NCBI GenBank assembly: GCA_001464195.1 | Contig: LNEY01000028.1 | Span: 5,865 to 69,864 of the forward strand | Direction of reading: 5' to 3' | From: Burkholderiales bacterium Ga0077547 | GTDB lineage: Bacteria; Pseudomonadota; Gammaproteobacteria; Burkholderiales; Burkholderiaceae_C | Length of the DNA: 64,000 bases | Shown here: piece by piece, positions 1 through 12,045 of the stretch | Layout of the letters: every line of letters starts with the position of its first letter | How positions within the stretch are numbered: the stretch's first letter is position 1 | The notes under the pieces: generated by a model | Seen by the model: the letters and a program-made list of their open reading frames with translations, nothing else | What the model was told of the DNA's origin: nothing | Databases searched by the model: none | Made by a program: the position numbers and the translations under genes

Positions 1-36
1 CGGGAAGAACCTGAATGGGGGCTGTGCTCATGGTGC

Positions 37-1017
37 TCAAGGGGTGGTGTTGACGAATTCAGCGTAGGCGTGTCGCAGCCCGTCGGCCAGTGCGGTGCGG
101 GCAGTCCATCCGGTGCGTGACAGCAGGCCCACGTCCATCAGCTTGCGGGGCGTGCCGTCGGGCTTGTCGCGGTCGTAGACGATCTGGCCTTTGAATCCGG
201 TGGTCTGGCGCACCAGTTCGGCCAGTTCGGCGATGGACACATCGTGACCCACGCCGATGTTCACCAGCGGTGGCTCGAAGCGGCCGGTGACGGACTCATC
301 GCTTCCCAGTAGGGCTTCGTAGCGTTCGTCGCCGAGATTCATCAGGTACACGCAGGCATCGGCCATGTCGTCGCTGTACAGGAACTCGCGCCGCGGTGTG
401 CCGGTGCCCCAGACGGTGACGGTGCTGTCGCCTCGCTGCGTTGCTTCGTGGAATTTGCGCAGCAGCGCCGGGATGACGTGGCTGTTGGTGGGGTGGTAGT
501 TGTCGCCGGGGCCGTACAGGTTGGTGGGCATCGCAGCCAGGTACTTCGTGCCGTACTGGCGGTTGTAGCTCCAGCACATTTCGATGCCCGCGATCTTGGC
601 CAGCGCGTAAGGGCGGTTGGTGGGTTCGAGCGGACCGGTCAGCAGGTCGATCTCGCGCATCGGCTGCGGCGCCAGCTTGGGGTAGATGCAGCTCGAACCC
701 AGAAACAACAGGCGCTTGACGCCGCTCAGGTAGGCCGCATGGATCACGTTGGTCTGGATGACGAGGTTGTCGCGGATGAACTCGGCCGGAAAGCTGTTGT
801 TGGCGACGATGCCCCCCACCTTGGCGGCTGCAAGGAACACATAGTCGGGTTGGGTGGCCTCGAAAAAGGCGTGTGTGGCGTGCGCGTCGGTCAGGTCGAG
901 CTCGGCATGGGTACGCGTCAGCAGGTGCTGGTAGCCGGCAGCCTGCAAGTTGCGCACGATGGCCGAGCCCACCAGGCCGCGGTGGCCAGCCACATAGATC
1001 TTGGCGTCGGTGTGCAT
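37..1017 (-). CDS. fcl: GDP-L-fucose synthase (GDP-4-keto-6-deoxymannose epimerase/reductase)
   Basis: 326-aa ORF. N-terminal Rossmann [14 protein letters not shown] and NLYGPGDNY region are typical of Fcl/WcaG. Lies directly downstream of gmd. Confidence 0.93.
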   Translation of the reverse strand: MHTDAKIYVAGHRGLVGSAIVRNLQAAGYQHLLTRTHAELDLTDAHATHAFFEATQPDYVFLAAAKVGGIVANNSFPAEFIRDNLVIQTNVIHAAYLSGVKRLLFLGSSCIYPKLAPQPMREIDLLTGPLEPTNRPYALAKIAGIEMCWSYNRQYGTKYLAAMPTNLYGPGDNYHPTNSHVIPALLRKFHEATQRGDSTVTVWGTGTPRREFLYSDDMADACVYLMNLGDERYEALLGSDESVTGRFEPPLVNIGVGHDVSIAELAELVRQTTGFKGQIVYDRDKPDGTPRKLMDVGLLSRTGWTARTALADGLRHAYAEFVNTTP

Positions 1018-1027
1018 GGCGGGCCGC

Positions 1028-2155
1028 TTACTCGTTGTAGTCGTAGGCCTGAAAGCCTGCGAGCTTCACCAGGCTGTCGCGCCGCGCGGTGCTGTAGTCG
1101 GCCTCGACCATTTCCTTCACCAGTTCGGGCAAGGTGATCTTCGGCACCCAGCCGAGCTTTTGCTTGGCCTTGCTCGGGTCGCCGAGCAGGGTTTCGACTT
1201 CGGTCGGGCGGTAGTAGCGCGGATCGACCTTGACAACCACTTCGCCGATCCGGCACTTCGCCTTGATCTCGCCGCCCACCGGCTCGACCCGGGTCACGGT
1301 GCCCACCTCCAGGTCGCCCTCGCCGCTGAAGGTCAGCGTGATGCCGAGTTCCCGGGCTGCGAATTCCACGAACTGCCGCACGCTGTATTGCACGCCAGTG
1401 GCAATGACGAAGTCTTCGGGCTGTTGCTGCTGCAGCATCAGCCACTGCATCTCGACATAGTCCTTGGCGTGACCCCAGTCGCGCAGGGCGCTCAAATTGC
1501 CCAGGTACAGGCAGTCCTGAAGCCCCAGTGCGATGCGGGCAATGGCGCGTGTGATCTTGCGTGTGACGAAGGTTTCGCCGCGCAGCGGGCTTTCGTGGTT
1601 GAACAGCACGCCGTTGCAGGCGTACATGCCGTAGGCCTCGCGGTAGTTGACAGTGATCCAGTAAGCGTAGAGCTTGGCCACCGCATACGGGCTGCGCGGA
1701 TAGAACGGCGTGGTTTCCTTTTGCGGAATCTCCTGCACCAGCCCGTAGAGCTCGGAGGTGCTGGCTTGGTAGAAGCGTGTCTTCTTCTCGAGCCCGAGAA
1801 TGCGGATGGCCTCCAGGATGCGCAGCGTGCCGATGCCGTCGGCGTTGGCGGTGTACTCGGGCGTCTCGAAGCTCACGGCCACATGGCTCATGGCCGCGAG
1901 GTTGTAGATCTCGTCGGGCTGTACCTGCTGGATGATGCGGATCAGGTTGGTGCTGTCGGTCAAATCCCCGTAATGCAGCTTGAAGCGCTGGTGGTCGACA
2001 TGCGGGTCCTGGTACAGGTGATCGATGCGGTCGGTGTTGAACAAGCTGCTGCGGCGCTTGATGCCATGAACCTCATAGCCCTTGCTCAGCAGCAGTTCTG
2101 CCAGGTAGGCACCGTCTTGTCCGGTGACACCGGTGATGAGAGCGACTTTGGTCAT
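1028..2155 (-). CDS. gmd: GDP-mannose 4,6-dehydratase
   Basis: Motifs [29 protein letters not shown] and [12 protein letters not shown]. Start trimmed to ATG at 2153-2155 (MTKVALITG); the 47-codon upstream extension of the ORF looks non-coding. Confidence 0.95.
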   Translation of the reverse strand: MTKVALITGVTGQDGAYLAELLLSKGYEVHGIKRRSSLFNTDRIDHLYQDPHVDHQRFKLHYGDLTDSTNLIRIIQQVQPDEIYNLAAMSHVAVSFETPEYTANADGIGTLRILEAIRILGLEKKTRFYQASTSELYGLVQEIPQKETTPFYPRSPYAVAKLYAYWITVNYREAYGMYACNGVLFNHESPLRGETFVTRKITRAIARIALGLQDCLYLGNLSALRDWGHAKDYVEMQWLMLQQQQPEDFVIATGVQYSVRQFVEFAARELGITLTFSGEGDLEVGTVTRVEPVGGEIKAKCRIGEVVVKVDPRYYRPTEVETLLGDPSKAKQKLGWVPKITLPELVKEMVEADYSTARRDSLVKLAGFQAYDYNE

Positions 2156-2211
2156 GATTTTCCAGATGGGTTGACTGTGTAGAAGGTGGAGAGGAGATCG
2201 TGCGCAACGCC

Positions 2212-3225
2212 TTAGCTGCTGTAGCCATTCGGGTTTGAGCGCTGCCAGCGCCAGCTGTCGGCGCACATCGCGTCGATGTCGCGTGTGGCCTGCCATCCGA
2301 GCAACTCCCGGGCCCGGCTGGCGTCTGCGTAGCAGGCCGCCACATCACCCGGGCGCCGGGCGACGATGTCGTAGGGGATCGTGCGCCCGCTGGCTCGCTC
2401 GAAGGCGCGCACCAGCTCCAGCACGCTGTAGCCGCGGCCTGTGCCCAGGTTGGCGGTGAACGAACTGCCGGCGTGGTCGGTCAGGTGCCGCAAGGCCGCC
2501 ACATGGCCCTCGGCCAGATCGCAGACGTGGATGTAGTCGCGCACGCCGGTGCCGTCGGGCGTGCTGTAGTCGCCACCGAACACCTGCAGGCGCTCACGCT
2601 TGCCCACGGCCACCTGGGTGACGTAGGGCATCAGGTTGTTCGGTACGCCGCGCGGGTCTTCGCCGATCAGGCCGCTCTCGTGCGCCCCCACGGGGTTGAA
2701 GTAGCGCAGCAATGCGACGCGCCAGGCAGGGTCTGCACGCGCAATGTCGGTGAGGAGGTTTTCGCCGATCAGCTTGGTGGCGCCGTAGGGACTCGTGGTG
2801 GCCAGCGCGGCGCTCTCGGGAATCGGCAGTTGCTCGGGCGAGCCGTACACGGTGGCGCTGGAGCTGAACACCAGGGTCTTGCAGCCGCTGGCACCCATCG
2901 CCTCGGCCACGCTGACCAGCCCGCCGATGTTGTTGCGGTAATAGGCCAAGGGCCGGGCGCTGCTTTCGCCGACCGCCTTGAAGGCAGCGAAGTGAACCAC
3001 CGCGCTGATGGCATGGCGCGCGAACAGCGACCGCAAGGCGGCGCTGTCGCAGACATCGGCCCGTTCGAACGCCGGGGTGCGCCCCCCCAGACGCTGCAGG
3101 CGATTCAGCACTTCCGGCGAGCTGTTGGAGAAGTCGTCCACCCCGACGACGTCGTACCCTGCTGCCCACAGGGCCAGCCAGGTGTGCGAAGCGATGTAGC
3201 CGGTGGCACCCGTCAGCAGGATCAT
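2212..3225 (-). CDS. galE: UDP-glucose 4-epimerase
   Basis: Motifs [20 protein letters not shown] and RYFNPVGAH. Start set at [10 protein letters not shown] (ATG 3223-3225), just after the stop of the upstream gene at 3231. Confidence 0.92.
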   Translation of the reverse strand: MILLTGATGYIASHTWLALWAAGYDVVGVDDFSNSSPEVLNRLQRLGGRTPAFERADVCDSAALRSLFARHAISAVVHFAAFKAVGESSARPLAYYRNNIGGLVSVAEAMGASGCKTLVFSSSATVYGSPEQLPIPESAALATTSPYGATKLIGENLLTDIARADPAWRVALLRYFNPVGAHESGLIGEDPRGVPNNLMPYVTQVAVGKRERLQVFGGDYSTPDGTGVRDYIHVCDLAEGHVAALRHLTDHAGSSFTANLGTGRGYSVLELVRAFERASGRTIPYDIVARRPGDVAACYADASRARELLGWQATRDIDAMCADSWRWQRSNPNGYSS

Positions 3226-3230
3226 GCCGT

Positions 3231-4427
3231 TCACTGCAGCGTGATCTGCGCCGAGCACGAGACGCTGTTGTTGCCGTAGTCGAACGAGACCTGGCCCGAG
3301 GCGCTGCGGCTGTCACGGCCCGCATTGCAGGACAGGCTCAGGTTGCGCAAAGGCTTGTAAGTGGCGACCAGCATGGCGCTGCGCAACGCGTCGTGCCCCT
3401 TCAGGGTGCCAAACACCAGCGAACGGCGGTTGGCGTACAGGTTCAGGTCGAGTCGTATCTTCGAGGTGACCGCGTAGGTGGTGTTCAGCGACAGCGCATT
3501 GGTCAGGCGGCTTTCATCGCCGAAGGTGCCGGCTTGCTGGCCGTTGATGAAGCCGCTCTCGGCGCCGCTGTCTCGGTTGAACGAGGTCACGAAGGTCAGC
3601 TTGCCGGTGGGCTGGTAGGTCCATTTCAGCTGGCCGGTCGTGCCGGTGAAGTCGAACGCGGAAACGCCATTGCGCGAGGTGCGCTCGCCGTAGCTCAGGC
3701 GGGCGTAGAGGGTGCTGCGGCCGGAGGGGATCCAGTTGGCCGTCAGGTCGATGTCCTTGCGGTCGAAGTCGCGTTCGAGCTGGTAATTGCCCTTGGTGTA
3801 GCGCAGCGCGGTGCCCAGCGTCAGCGATGAGCGCGGGCGGTAGGTCAGGCCGACGCTGACCGCGTTCTGGTCGAGGGCGTTGAACTTGTAGGCCGGATCG
3901 GAGTAGGTCTGCTTGCGGTGCGTGAAGCTGGTGTCGAGCGACAGCAACGAGGCACCGCCGTACCGAAGGCGTGCGACGGTTTCGTTGCGCCGCTCGAGGT
4001 TTTTGGCATTCGACTGGATGGTGTTGCTGCCGCCGTAGTTGTAGAGGCTCTGGCTGCTGGTGTGGCTGAGTGTCCCGGACAGGCTGTAGAGGGTGGCCCA
4101 GTCGATACCTGCATTCAGGCTGTAGTTGGTGTGGTCGAGCTTTTTCAGGTCTTGAAAGCGGGTGTCCTGCAACGTGCCGCTGGCATACAAACGCTGCCGG
4201 CCAATCTGCTGATCGAAGCCTCCCAGCAGCCCCACGGAATAAGAGGTGTCTCCGGTCGAACTCGGTAACCGGTAAACGTTGGTGTCGTGCGCCACCGAGG
4301 CACTGCCGCCGATGTAGTAAGGGTTGGGATCATCGGCACGCGCGGCCCCGAACCCGACCGCGGTCAACGCGCCGGTCAACAGGCAGAGCAGGGTGTTCAG
4401 CGGACTGCGTTGGGGTGGGTTCGGCAT
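3231..4427 (-). CDS. Outer-membrane beta-barrel protein of the EPS locus (possibly EpsL family)
   Basis: Signal peptide MPNPPQRSPLNTLLCLLTGALTAVGFGAARA followed by alternating Y/T/S/G-rich beta-strand-like sequence throughout. Sits between the priming transferase and galE. The EpsL assignment is from memory only. Confidence 0.6.
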   Translation of the reverse strand: MPNPPQRSPLNTLLCLLTGALTAVGFGAARADDPNPYYIGGSASVAHDTNVYRLPSSTGDTSYSVGLLGGFDQQIGRQRLYASGTLQDTRFQDLKKLDHTNYSLNAGIDWATLYSLSGTLSHTSSQSLYNYGGSNTIQSNAKNLERRNETVARLRYGGASLLSLDTSFTHRKQTYSDPAYKFNALDQNAVSVGLTYRPRSSLTLGTALRYTKGNYQLERDFDRKDIDLTANWIPSGRSTLYARLSYGERTSRNGVSAFDFTGTTGQLKWTYQPTGKLTFVTSFNRDSGAESGFINGQQAGTFGDESRLTNALSLNTTYAVTSKIRLDLNLYANRRSLVFGTLKGHDALRSAMLVATYKPLRNLSLSCNAGRDSRSASGQVSFDYGNNSVSCSAQITLQ

Positions 4428-4464
4428 GGTGAAGGTCCGGCAGGAAACAGGGCAGGGGCCGACG

Positions 4465-5859
4465 TCAGTAAGCGTTGGAATTGAAGAACGCCACGCGGAT
4501 GGTGCGGATGATGATCTGCAAGTCAAGTGCCAGCGACCAGTTGCGCAGGTACTCGAGGTCGTACTCCACCCGGGCCTGCATCTTTTCGATGGTTTCCGTT
4601 TCGCCTCGGTGCCCGTTGACCTGCGCCCATCCGGTGATGCCGGGCTTGACCTTGTGGCGCACCATGTAGGCCTTGATCAACTGGCGGTACTCCTCGTTGT
4701 GCGCCACGGCGTGCGGTCGCGGACCGACGATGCTCATGCGGCCTTGCAACACGTTGATGAATTGCGGCAGTTCATCGAGCGAGGTGCGGCGGATGAACGC
4801 GCCGAAGGGAGTCAGACGGGGGTCGTTGGGCTTGGCTTGCAGCACCACGGGCCCATTGTCCATGGTGGTCATAGAGCGGAACTTGTAGACGATGATCTCG
4901 TTGCCATCGAGCCCGTTGCGGCGCTGCTTGAAGACGATGGGTCCGGGTGAGCTGAGCTTTACCCCGATCGCGAGGGCCAGCATCACCGGGGCAATCAGCA
5001 CGAGGATGATCGAAGCCAGCACCACATCGCTGACGCGCTTGACCAGTTCGTTGGTGCCGGTGAACGGGGTCTCGCAGATACCGACCACCGGCACGCCGTT
5101 CATGTCCTGCAGCCGGCCCTGGATGATGCCGATGCCGAACACGTCGGGCACAAAGAACAAAGAGGCAGTGGTGCCTTGCAGTTGGTCGAGCAGTTCCACG
5201 ATGCGGGGCTGAGAGCCCAGCGGCAATGTGATGAACACCTCATGGACCCCGCGCTGCCGCACGAAGGACGCGACGTCCTTGAGCCCGCCGAGGTTGTTGG
5301 CTGCAGCGCTCTCGTGCAGGCGATCGTCGACACGGTCATCGAAGTAGCCGAGGAAATCGATGTTTCGGTCTTCGAGCCCCGACAGCGCGCGGGCCACCTT
5401 CACGCCGAGCGCGCTGCCACCGATGACGATCGCACTGCGGCGACTCTCGGGACGTGAGGCCTGCAACTGCAGGATCTTCTTGCCGCACCACACCGCTGCG
5501 CATTGCAGCAGTGGCGCAGCGATGGCCCACGCCATCAGAACCTCTTCTTCGAAGTACTTGAAGCTGCGCGTGGCATAGGCGCACAGCATCAGTATGGTGA
5601 GCAGCACCAGCCACGAAATGAAGATGTCGACGCAGGCGCCCAGCAGGCTGTCACGGAATCGGTTGCGGCCCGGGAAGGTCAGTGCGAACACCAGCAGGCA
5701 CACCGTTAGCTGGGGCCGGGCGATGGGCTCGTCCATCCAGAGGTTGGCGAGGATGAAGGCCACGATGATGATCGTGGGCTCGAGAAATGCGGCCACCAAC
5801 GACGTGACCGATTGCGGCGCGCTGTAGAAAGTTCGCTTGTAGGTTCGATCTTCGTACAT
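4465..5859 (-). CDS. Undecaprenyl-phosphate hexose-1-phosphate transferase (WbaP/WcaJ/EpsB-type priming glycosyltransferase)
   Basis: N-terminal TM helices plus C-terminal bacterial sugar transferase domain (KFRSM, LDELPQFINVLQGRMSIVGPRP, KPGITGWAQV). Confidence 0.9.
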   Translation of the reverse strand: MYEDRTYKRTFYSAPQSVTSLVAAFLEPTIIIVAFILANLWMDEPIARPQLTVCLLVFALTFPGRNRFRDSLLGACVDIFISWLVLLTILMLCAYATRSFKYFEEEVLMAWAIAAPLLQCAAVWCGKKILQLQASRPESRRSAIVIGGSALGVKVARALSGLEDRNIDFLGYFDDRVDDRLHESAAANNLGGLKDVASFVRQRGVHEVFITLPLGSQPRIVELLDQLQGTTASLFFVPDVFGIGIIQGRLQDMNGVPVVGICETPFTGTNELVKRVSDVVLASIILVLIAPVMLALAIGVKLSSPGPIVFKQRRNGLDGNEIIVYKFRSMTTMDNGPVVLQAKPNDPRLTPFGAFIRRTSLDELPQFINVLQGRMSIVGPRPHAVAHNEEYRQLIKAYMVRHKVKPGITGWAQVNGHRGETETIEKMQARVEYDLEYLRNWSLALDLQIIIRTIRVAFFNSNAY

Positions 5860-5994
5860 CGGTCAGGTGAAAAAGGGGCGGATCCGCCGGATGCGGTGTT
5901 CCGACGGACAAGCAAATCATTGTGTCCTACGCAGATGTCAGTTTGTCCCCCGCGTCAGGGTGGTTCGCGCGCATCGGGTGCCTACAATCTCACG

Positions 5995-6552
5995 ATGATG
6001 TCGGCGTTTTCGCAGTCCCTGAAAGCCATGGCGATGCCGCGCCTGGTATTGCTGTTGAACCATGTGCTGTCGGCCGAACCGATGGCCGTGCAGCGTTTGC
6101 AACCACACGCAGGAAAGTGCATCCGTTTGCAACTGCACGATCTCCCGGCCCTGGTGTCGTGGCTGCCGTCGCAATGGACGGTCGCGATCACCCCGGCCGG
6201 GCTGCTCGAATGGCAACCCGAAGCCACTGATGGCGCCGACCTCGTCGCGGCGCTCGACGCATCGAATCCAGTGCAGAGCCTCGGCGGAGCGTTGTCGGGC
6301 CAGCGCCCGCGGGTCGAGGTGGCGGGCGACGCCGCCCTGGCCGCCGACGTGAGCTGGCTCATCGAGCACGTGCGCTGGGATGTTCAGGACGACCTGGCCC
6401 GGCTTCTTGGTGACGGGCCGGCTGCGCAGCTGATGCGCGTTGGATCCTCGGTCGCTACCGGGCTGCGCGAGGCTTTGCGCCCCTTGGTGCGGTCGGCCGC
6501 CGATCGCTGGCGGCCATCAGCGCCAACGTCCGCGGAGTCGCCGCCGCGATGA
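5995..6552 (+). CDS. ubiJ: Ubiquinone biosynthesis accessory factor UbiJ (SCP2 domain protein)
   Basis: Start set at [25 protein letters not shown] (ATG 5995). Its stop overlaps the ubiB start (ATGA at 6549-6552), the usual ubiJ-ubiB arrangement. Confidence 0.75.
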   Translation: MMSAFSQSLKAMAMPRLVLLLNHVLSAEPMAVQRLQPHAGKCIRLQLHDLPALVSWLPSQWTVAITPAGLLEWQPEATDGADLVAALDASNPVQSLGGALSGQRPRVEVAGDAALAADVSWLIEHVRWDVQDDLARLLGDGPAAQLMRVGSSVATGLREALRPLVRSAADRWRPSAPTSAESPPR

Positions 6553-8102
6553 GGCACGTCACGCGGCTGCTGTTCATCGTCTTCACGATCTACCGCTACG
6601 GCCTCGACGAGCTGGCCTTGTCGAACTTTCGCCAGCGCTGGGTGCGGGTGCTGGTGCGCATCATCACGGCCAGCCGCCGTCTCGATGCGCCGCGCGGCGT
6701 GCGGTTGCGGATGGCGCTGGAGAAGCTGGGCCCGATCTTCGTGAAGTTCGGGCAGGTGCTGTCCACGCGGCGCGATCTGATCCCGCCTGACCTCGCCGAT
6801 GAGCTCGCGCAGTTGCAGGACAACGTGCCGCCATTTCCGCCGGCATTGGCACGGCAGCTGATCGAGAAGGCCTTCGGGCGTCGCATCGAGGACGTGTTTG
6901 CCAGTTTCGAGAGCGAGCCGGTGGCCAGCGCGTCGATCGCCCAGGTGCACTTCGCGACGCTGAATGATGGGCGCGAGGTGGCGGTGAAGGTGCTGCGCCC
7001 CAACATGCTGTCGGTGATCGACGACGACCTGGCGCTGATGCGCACCATCGCGGTCTGGGTCGAGCGGCTGTCGGCCGATGGCAAGCGGCTCAAGCCGCGC
7101 GAGGTGGTGGCCGAGTTCGACAACCACCTGCACGACGAGCTCGACCTGATCCGCGAAGCAGCCAATGCGGCGCAGCTGCGGCGCAACATGCAGGGCCTGA
7201 ACCTCGTGCTGGTGCCCGAGATGCACTGGGAGTTGTGCACGCAGACCGTGCTGGTGATGGAGCGCATGCACGGGGTGCCCATCAGTCAGCTTCAACGGTT
7301 GCAGGACGCTGGTGTCGACATCCCGAAGCTCGCCCGCGACGGCGTGACGATCTTCTTCACCCAGGTGTTCCGCGACGGCTTCTTCCATGCCGACATGCAC
7401 CCGGGCAACATCCAGGTGAGCCTGGCGCCTGCGACCTTCGGCCGCTACATCGCGCTCGACTTCGGCATCGTCGGCACGCTGACCGAATTCGACAAGGAGT
7501 ACCTGGCGCAGAACTTCATCGCGTTCTTCCGCCGCGACTACAAGCGCGTGGCCGAACTCCACATCGAGAGCGGCTGGGTGCCCGCGAACACGCGCGTCAA
7601 CGAGCTCGAAGGCGCGATCCGCGCGGTGTGCGAGCCGCACTTCGATCGACCGCTGAAGGACATCTCGCTGGGTCAGGTGCTGCTGCGGCTGTTCCAGACC
7701 TCGCGCCGCTTCAACGTCGAGATCCAGCCGCAGCTGGTGCTGCTGCAGAAGACGCTGCTGAACATCGAAGGGCTGGGTCGCCAGCTCGACCCGGAGCTCG
7801 ACCTGTGGAGCACCGCCAAGCCTTTCCTGGAGCGCTGGATGAACGACCAGATCGGCTGGCGTGGTCTGGTCGCCCGGTTGAAGAACGAGGCGCCGCGCTA
7901 CGTGCAACTGCTGCCCGAGTTGCCTCGGCTGGTGCACCAGGCACTGCAGCCCAAGCCATCGGCCGACCAGAAGACGCTGGAAGCGCTGCTGACCGAGCAG
8001 CGCCGAACCAACCGGCTGCTGCAGGCCATCGGCTACGCCGGGATCGGATTCCTGATCGGCGTGGTCGTCGTGCAATGGGTGCTGCACCTCGGGTACCGCT
8101 GA
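6549..8102 (+). CDS. ubiB: Ubiquinone biosynthesis regulatory protein kinase UbiB
   Basis: 517 aa. ABC1/UbiB motifs [23 protein letters not shown] and [11 protein letters not shown], with C-terminal TM helices. Confidence 0.95.
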   Translation: MRHVTRLLFIVFTIYRYGLDELALSNFRQRWVRVLVRIITASRRLDAPRGVRLRMALEKLGPIFVKFGQVLSTRRDLIPPDLADELAQLQDNVPPFPPALARQLIEKAFGRRIEDVFASFESEPVASASIAQVHFATLNDGREVAVKVLRPNMLSVIDDDLALMRTIAVWVERLSADGKRLKPREVVAEFDNHLHDELDLIREAANAAQLRRNMQGLNLVLVPEMHWELCTQTVLVMERMHGVPISQLQRLQDAGVDIPKLARDGVTIFFTQVFRDGFFHADMHPGNIQVSLAPATFGRYIALDFGIVGTLTEFDKEYLAQNFIAFFRRDYKRVAELHIESGWVPANTRVNELEGAIRAVCEPHFDRPLKDISLGQVLLRLFQTSRRFNVEIQPQLVLLQKTLLNIEGLGRQLDPELDLWSTAKPFLERWMNDQIGWRGLVARLKNEAPRYVQLLPELPRLVHQALQPKPSADQKTLEALLTEQRRTNRLLQAIGYAGIGFLIGVVVVQWVLHLGYR

Positions 8103-8152
8103 GCCCGCCCCGTATAATTCGAGGTTTTTCTTTTCTAATCAAAGGCTTAGCC

Positions 8153-8542
8153 ATGCCCATCTATGCCTATCGATGCGCTGCCTGCGGCCACGCGAAAGAC
8201 GTGCTCCAGAAGGTCTCCGACCCGCTGCTGAGCGTGTGTCCGGCCTGTGGCGCCGACAGCTTCCAGAAGCAGGTGACAGCCGCGGGCTTTCAACTGAAAG
8301 GCTCGGGCTGGTACGTCACTGATTTCCGCGACGGCGCCAAAGCCGCTCCGGTTGCAGACAAGCCATCCGGCGACGGGAAGCCCTCCGGCGGCGCGTTGGC
8401 AGGCCACGCCGAGACGCCCGCCTCGAAGGGCGCGACCAGCAAGACAGAAAGCGCCAAGTCGGCTGCACCGGCTGCGCCGGCATCGGCACCCAGCGCACCT
8501 GCCAGCGGCTCGGCACCGGCGCCAGCGCCCTCGTCGAACTGA
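8153..8542 (+). CDS. FmdB-family zinc-ribbon protein with Ser/Ala/Pro-rich tail
   Basis: MPIYAYRCAACGH...SVCPACG CxxC pairs. Start is ATG 8153, within the tail of a longer spurious ORF. TATAAT at 8113-8118 lies upstream. Confidence 0.85.
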   Translation: MPIYAYRCAACGHAKDVLQKVSDPLLSVCPACGADSFQKQVTAAGFQLKGSGWYVTDFRDGAKAAPVADKPSGDGKPSGGALAGHAETPASKGATSKTESAKSAAPAAPASAPSAPASGSAPAPAPSSN

Positions 8543-8584
8543 CCCCCGCCCGACGGCATCACACGGTTCAGCCCTGGGACTCCC

Positions 8585-9238
8585 TTGAAGAAATACCTGA
8601 TCGCCGGCTTGCTGGTCTGGCTGCCACTGACCATCACCGTGTGGGTGCTGACCTCGGTGCTGGGCGTGCTCGACGGGCTTTTTGCTTGGCTGCTGAGTGC
8701 CTCGCAGGCCGTGCTGCCGCAGTCAGCGCACGCGTCGCTGGAGGCGCTCAAGCAGATTCCTGGGCTCGGGGTGATCGTGATGGTGGTGGGCCTGTTGGTC
8801 ACCGGCGTGTTTGCCACCAACATGGTCGGGCAATGGTGGTTGTCGCAGGGCAGCCGGCTGCTCAACCAGATCCCGATCGTCAAGTCGATCTACAGCTCGG
8901 TGAAGCAGGTGTCGGACACGCTGTTCTCAAGCAGCGGCAATGCCTTTCGCGAAGCGGTGCTGGTGCAGTACCCCCGCGCAGGCTCGTGGACGATTGCCTT
9001 CGTCACCGGCAAGCCGGGCGGCGAGGCGGGGGTGCATCTGGCGGGCGATTACCTCAGCCTTTATGTGCCGACCACACCGAACCCGACCTCGGGCTTTTTC
9101 CTGATGGTGCCGCGCGCCGATGTGATCGCGCTCGAGATGAGCGTCGACGAGGCGCTCAAGTACGTGATCTCGATGGGGGTCGTCGCGCCCCCGGTCACGA
9201 AGGCCTCTCGGCTGCCACCGCCACAACCACCTGCCTGA
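8585..9238 (+). CDS. DUF502 family membrane protein
   Basis: 217 aa with two N-terminal TM helices (LIAGLLVWLPLTITVWVL). TTG start at 8585. Conserved position upstream of aspS. Confidence 0.8.
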   Translation: MKKYLIAGLLVWLPLTITVWVLTSVLGVLDGLFAWLLSASQAVLPQSAHASLEALKQIPGLGVIVMVVGLLVTGVFATNMVGQWWLSQGSRLLNQIPIVKSIYSSVKQVSDTLFSSSGNAFREAVLVQYPRAGSWTIAFVTGKPGGEAGVHLAGDYLSLYVPTTPNPTSGFFLMVPRADVIALEMSVDEALKYVISMGVVAPPVTKASRLPPPQPPA

Positions 9239-9360
9239 GCGCGTCCGCGCGCCATCCGACTGACTTGCAGCGGGCGCTGGTGCGCCTTCCACTGAACCCG
9301 TGAACCTGCCCCCGAAAGCTCGACGCAGCGACACCTCGAATCCGTTTCTGGAGTGACACG

Positions 9361-11175
<1,815 letters not shown>

Positions 11176-11182
11176 ATCAGCC

Positions 11183-11968
11183 ATGGCCCGCAGCAAGGAG
11201 CGCGCACCGGCGGTGTTCGAGTTGCGCAGTGCGTCGATGACGTTGGTGGTCGTGGCACTGAAGACCACCGACATGGCGGCGATCGAACGCGAGCTGACCA
11301 CCCGCTTTGCCGACACGCCGGAGATGTTCAACCACGACCCGGTCGTGATCGACATCGCCCAGGCCGAAGGCGATCCGCTCGCCCTCGACTACGCCCGGCT
11401 CGGCACGCTGCTGCGGCAGTTCAAGATGGTGGCCGCTGCGGTGCGCGGGGGCTCCCCCGAGCAGATGGCCGCTGCCGCCGAGGCCGGGTTGGGCGAGGCG
11501 CCCGAGGCGTTGCCACCGGCAACCCGCGCATCAGCGCCCGCAGCGGCTCCTGGGCCGCAAGCACAGGCCGTGTCGGCTTCTCCGCCTGCTCCGGCGCCTG
11601 TGGCGGCTGCGCCAGCGCCCGCGCAGCCCGCCGCTGGCAGCACGGTGATCATCGACAAGCCGCTGCGTTCCGGTCAGCAGGTGTATGCGCGGGGCGGCGA
11701 CTTGGTGGTGCTGGCGGCGGTGAATTTCGGTGCCGAAGTGATCGCCGACGGCAGCATCCACGTCTATGCGCCGCTGCGTGGCAAGGCGATTGCTGGGGCC
11801 CGTGGCAACAACGATGCACGCATCTTCAGCACCTGCATGGAGCCCGAATTGATTTCGATCGCCGGCACCTACCGCACCACCGACAACCCGCTGCCCGACA
11901 GCGTCATCGGCAAGCCCGCGCAGATCCGCCTGGACGGCGAGCGCCTGGTGTTCGAGCCGCTGAACTGA
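11183..11968 (+). CDS. minC: Septum site-determining protein MinC
   Basis: N-terminal FELRSASMTLVVV, an Ala/Pro-rich linker, and a C-terminal beta-helix domain (LRSGQQVYARGGDLVVLAAVNFGAEVIADGSIHVY). Upstream of minD-minE. Confidence 0.93.
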   Translation: MARSKERAPAVFELRSASMTLVVVALKTTDMAAIERELTTRFADTPEMFNHDPVVIDIAQAEGDPLALDYARLGTLLRQFKMVAAAVRGGSPEQMAAAAEAGLGEAPEALPPATRASAPAAAPGPQAQAVSASPPAPAPVAAAPAPAQPAAGSTVIIDKPLRSGQQVYARGGDLVVLAAVNFGAEVIADGSIHVYAPLRGKAIAGARGNNDARIFSTCMEPELISIAGTYRTTDNPLPDSVIGKPAQIRLDGERLVFEPLN

Positions 11969-12045
11969 TTGCCCAGTTTCCCCGCCTTCCCATCCACCCT
12001 CTTGTTTCGCCCTTGGCGACATCACACCCACAAGGACTGCCACCC

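Noticed and set aside
1-31. An ATG (complement of 29-31) 5 nt after the fcl stop opens a minus-strand ORF (MSTAPIQVLP...) that runs off the left edge.
   Set aside because: Only about 10 codons are visible, which is too little to call a gene or product. It is mentioned under the EPS-locus finding.
1028-2296. N-terminal extensions of many ORF-track entries: gmd, galE, the OMP, ubiJ, minD, ade, the DUF429-like ORF, the MDR oxidoreductase at 33191, arsC, lspA, panC, bioB and CYTH-CHAD.
   Set aside because: The conserved family N-termini begin at internal ATG codons, often right after the neighbour's stop. The extensions overlap upstream genes or intergenic DNA, so coordinates were trimmed.
6384-8087. 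Very long ORFs antisense to or out of frame with recognised genes. Examples: 6384-8087(-), 9061-10194(-), 10204-11355(-), 12022-13194(-), 25436-27049(-), 30251-32185(-), 39033-40694(+), 47911-49671(+), 61852-63954(+).
   Set aside because: In DNA this GC-rich, stop codons are rare in all frames. These ORFs overlap genes with unmistakable motifs (ubiB, aspS, minD, the helicase, lolD/tatD, acr3, ileS, metG). Their translations are Arg/Ala/Gly/Pro-rich low-complexity sequence with no recognisable domains.
11480-11650. The Ala/Pro-rich repetitive stretch inside minC, and similar tails in the FmdB-like protein at 8350-8540, as tandem DNA repeats.
   Set aside because: These are low-complexity inter-domain linkers typical of high-GC organisms. 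No exact nucleotide periodicity is seen.
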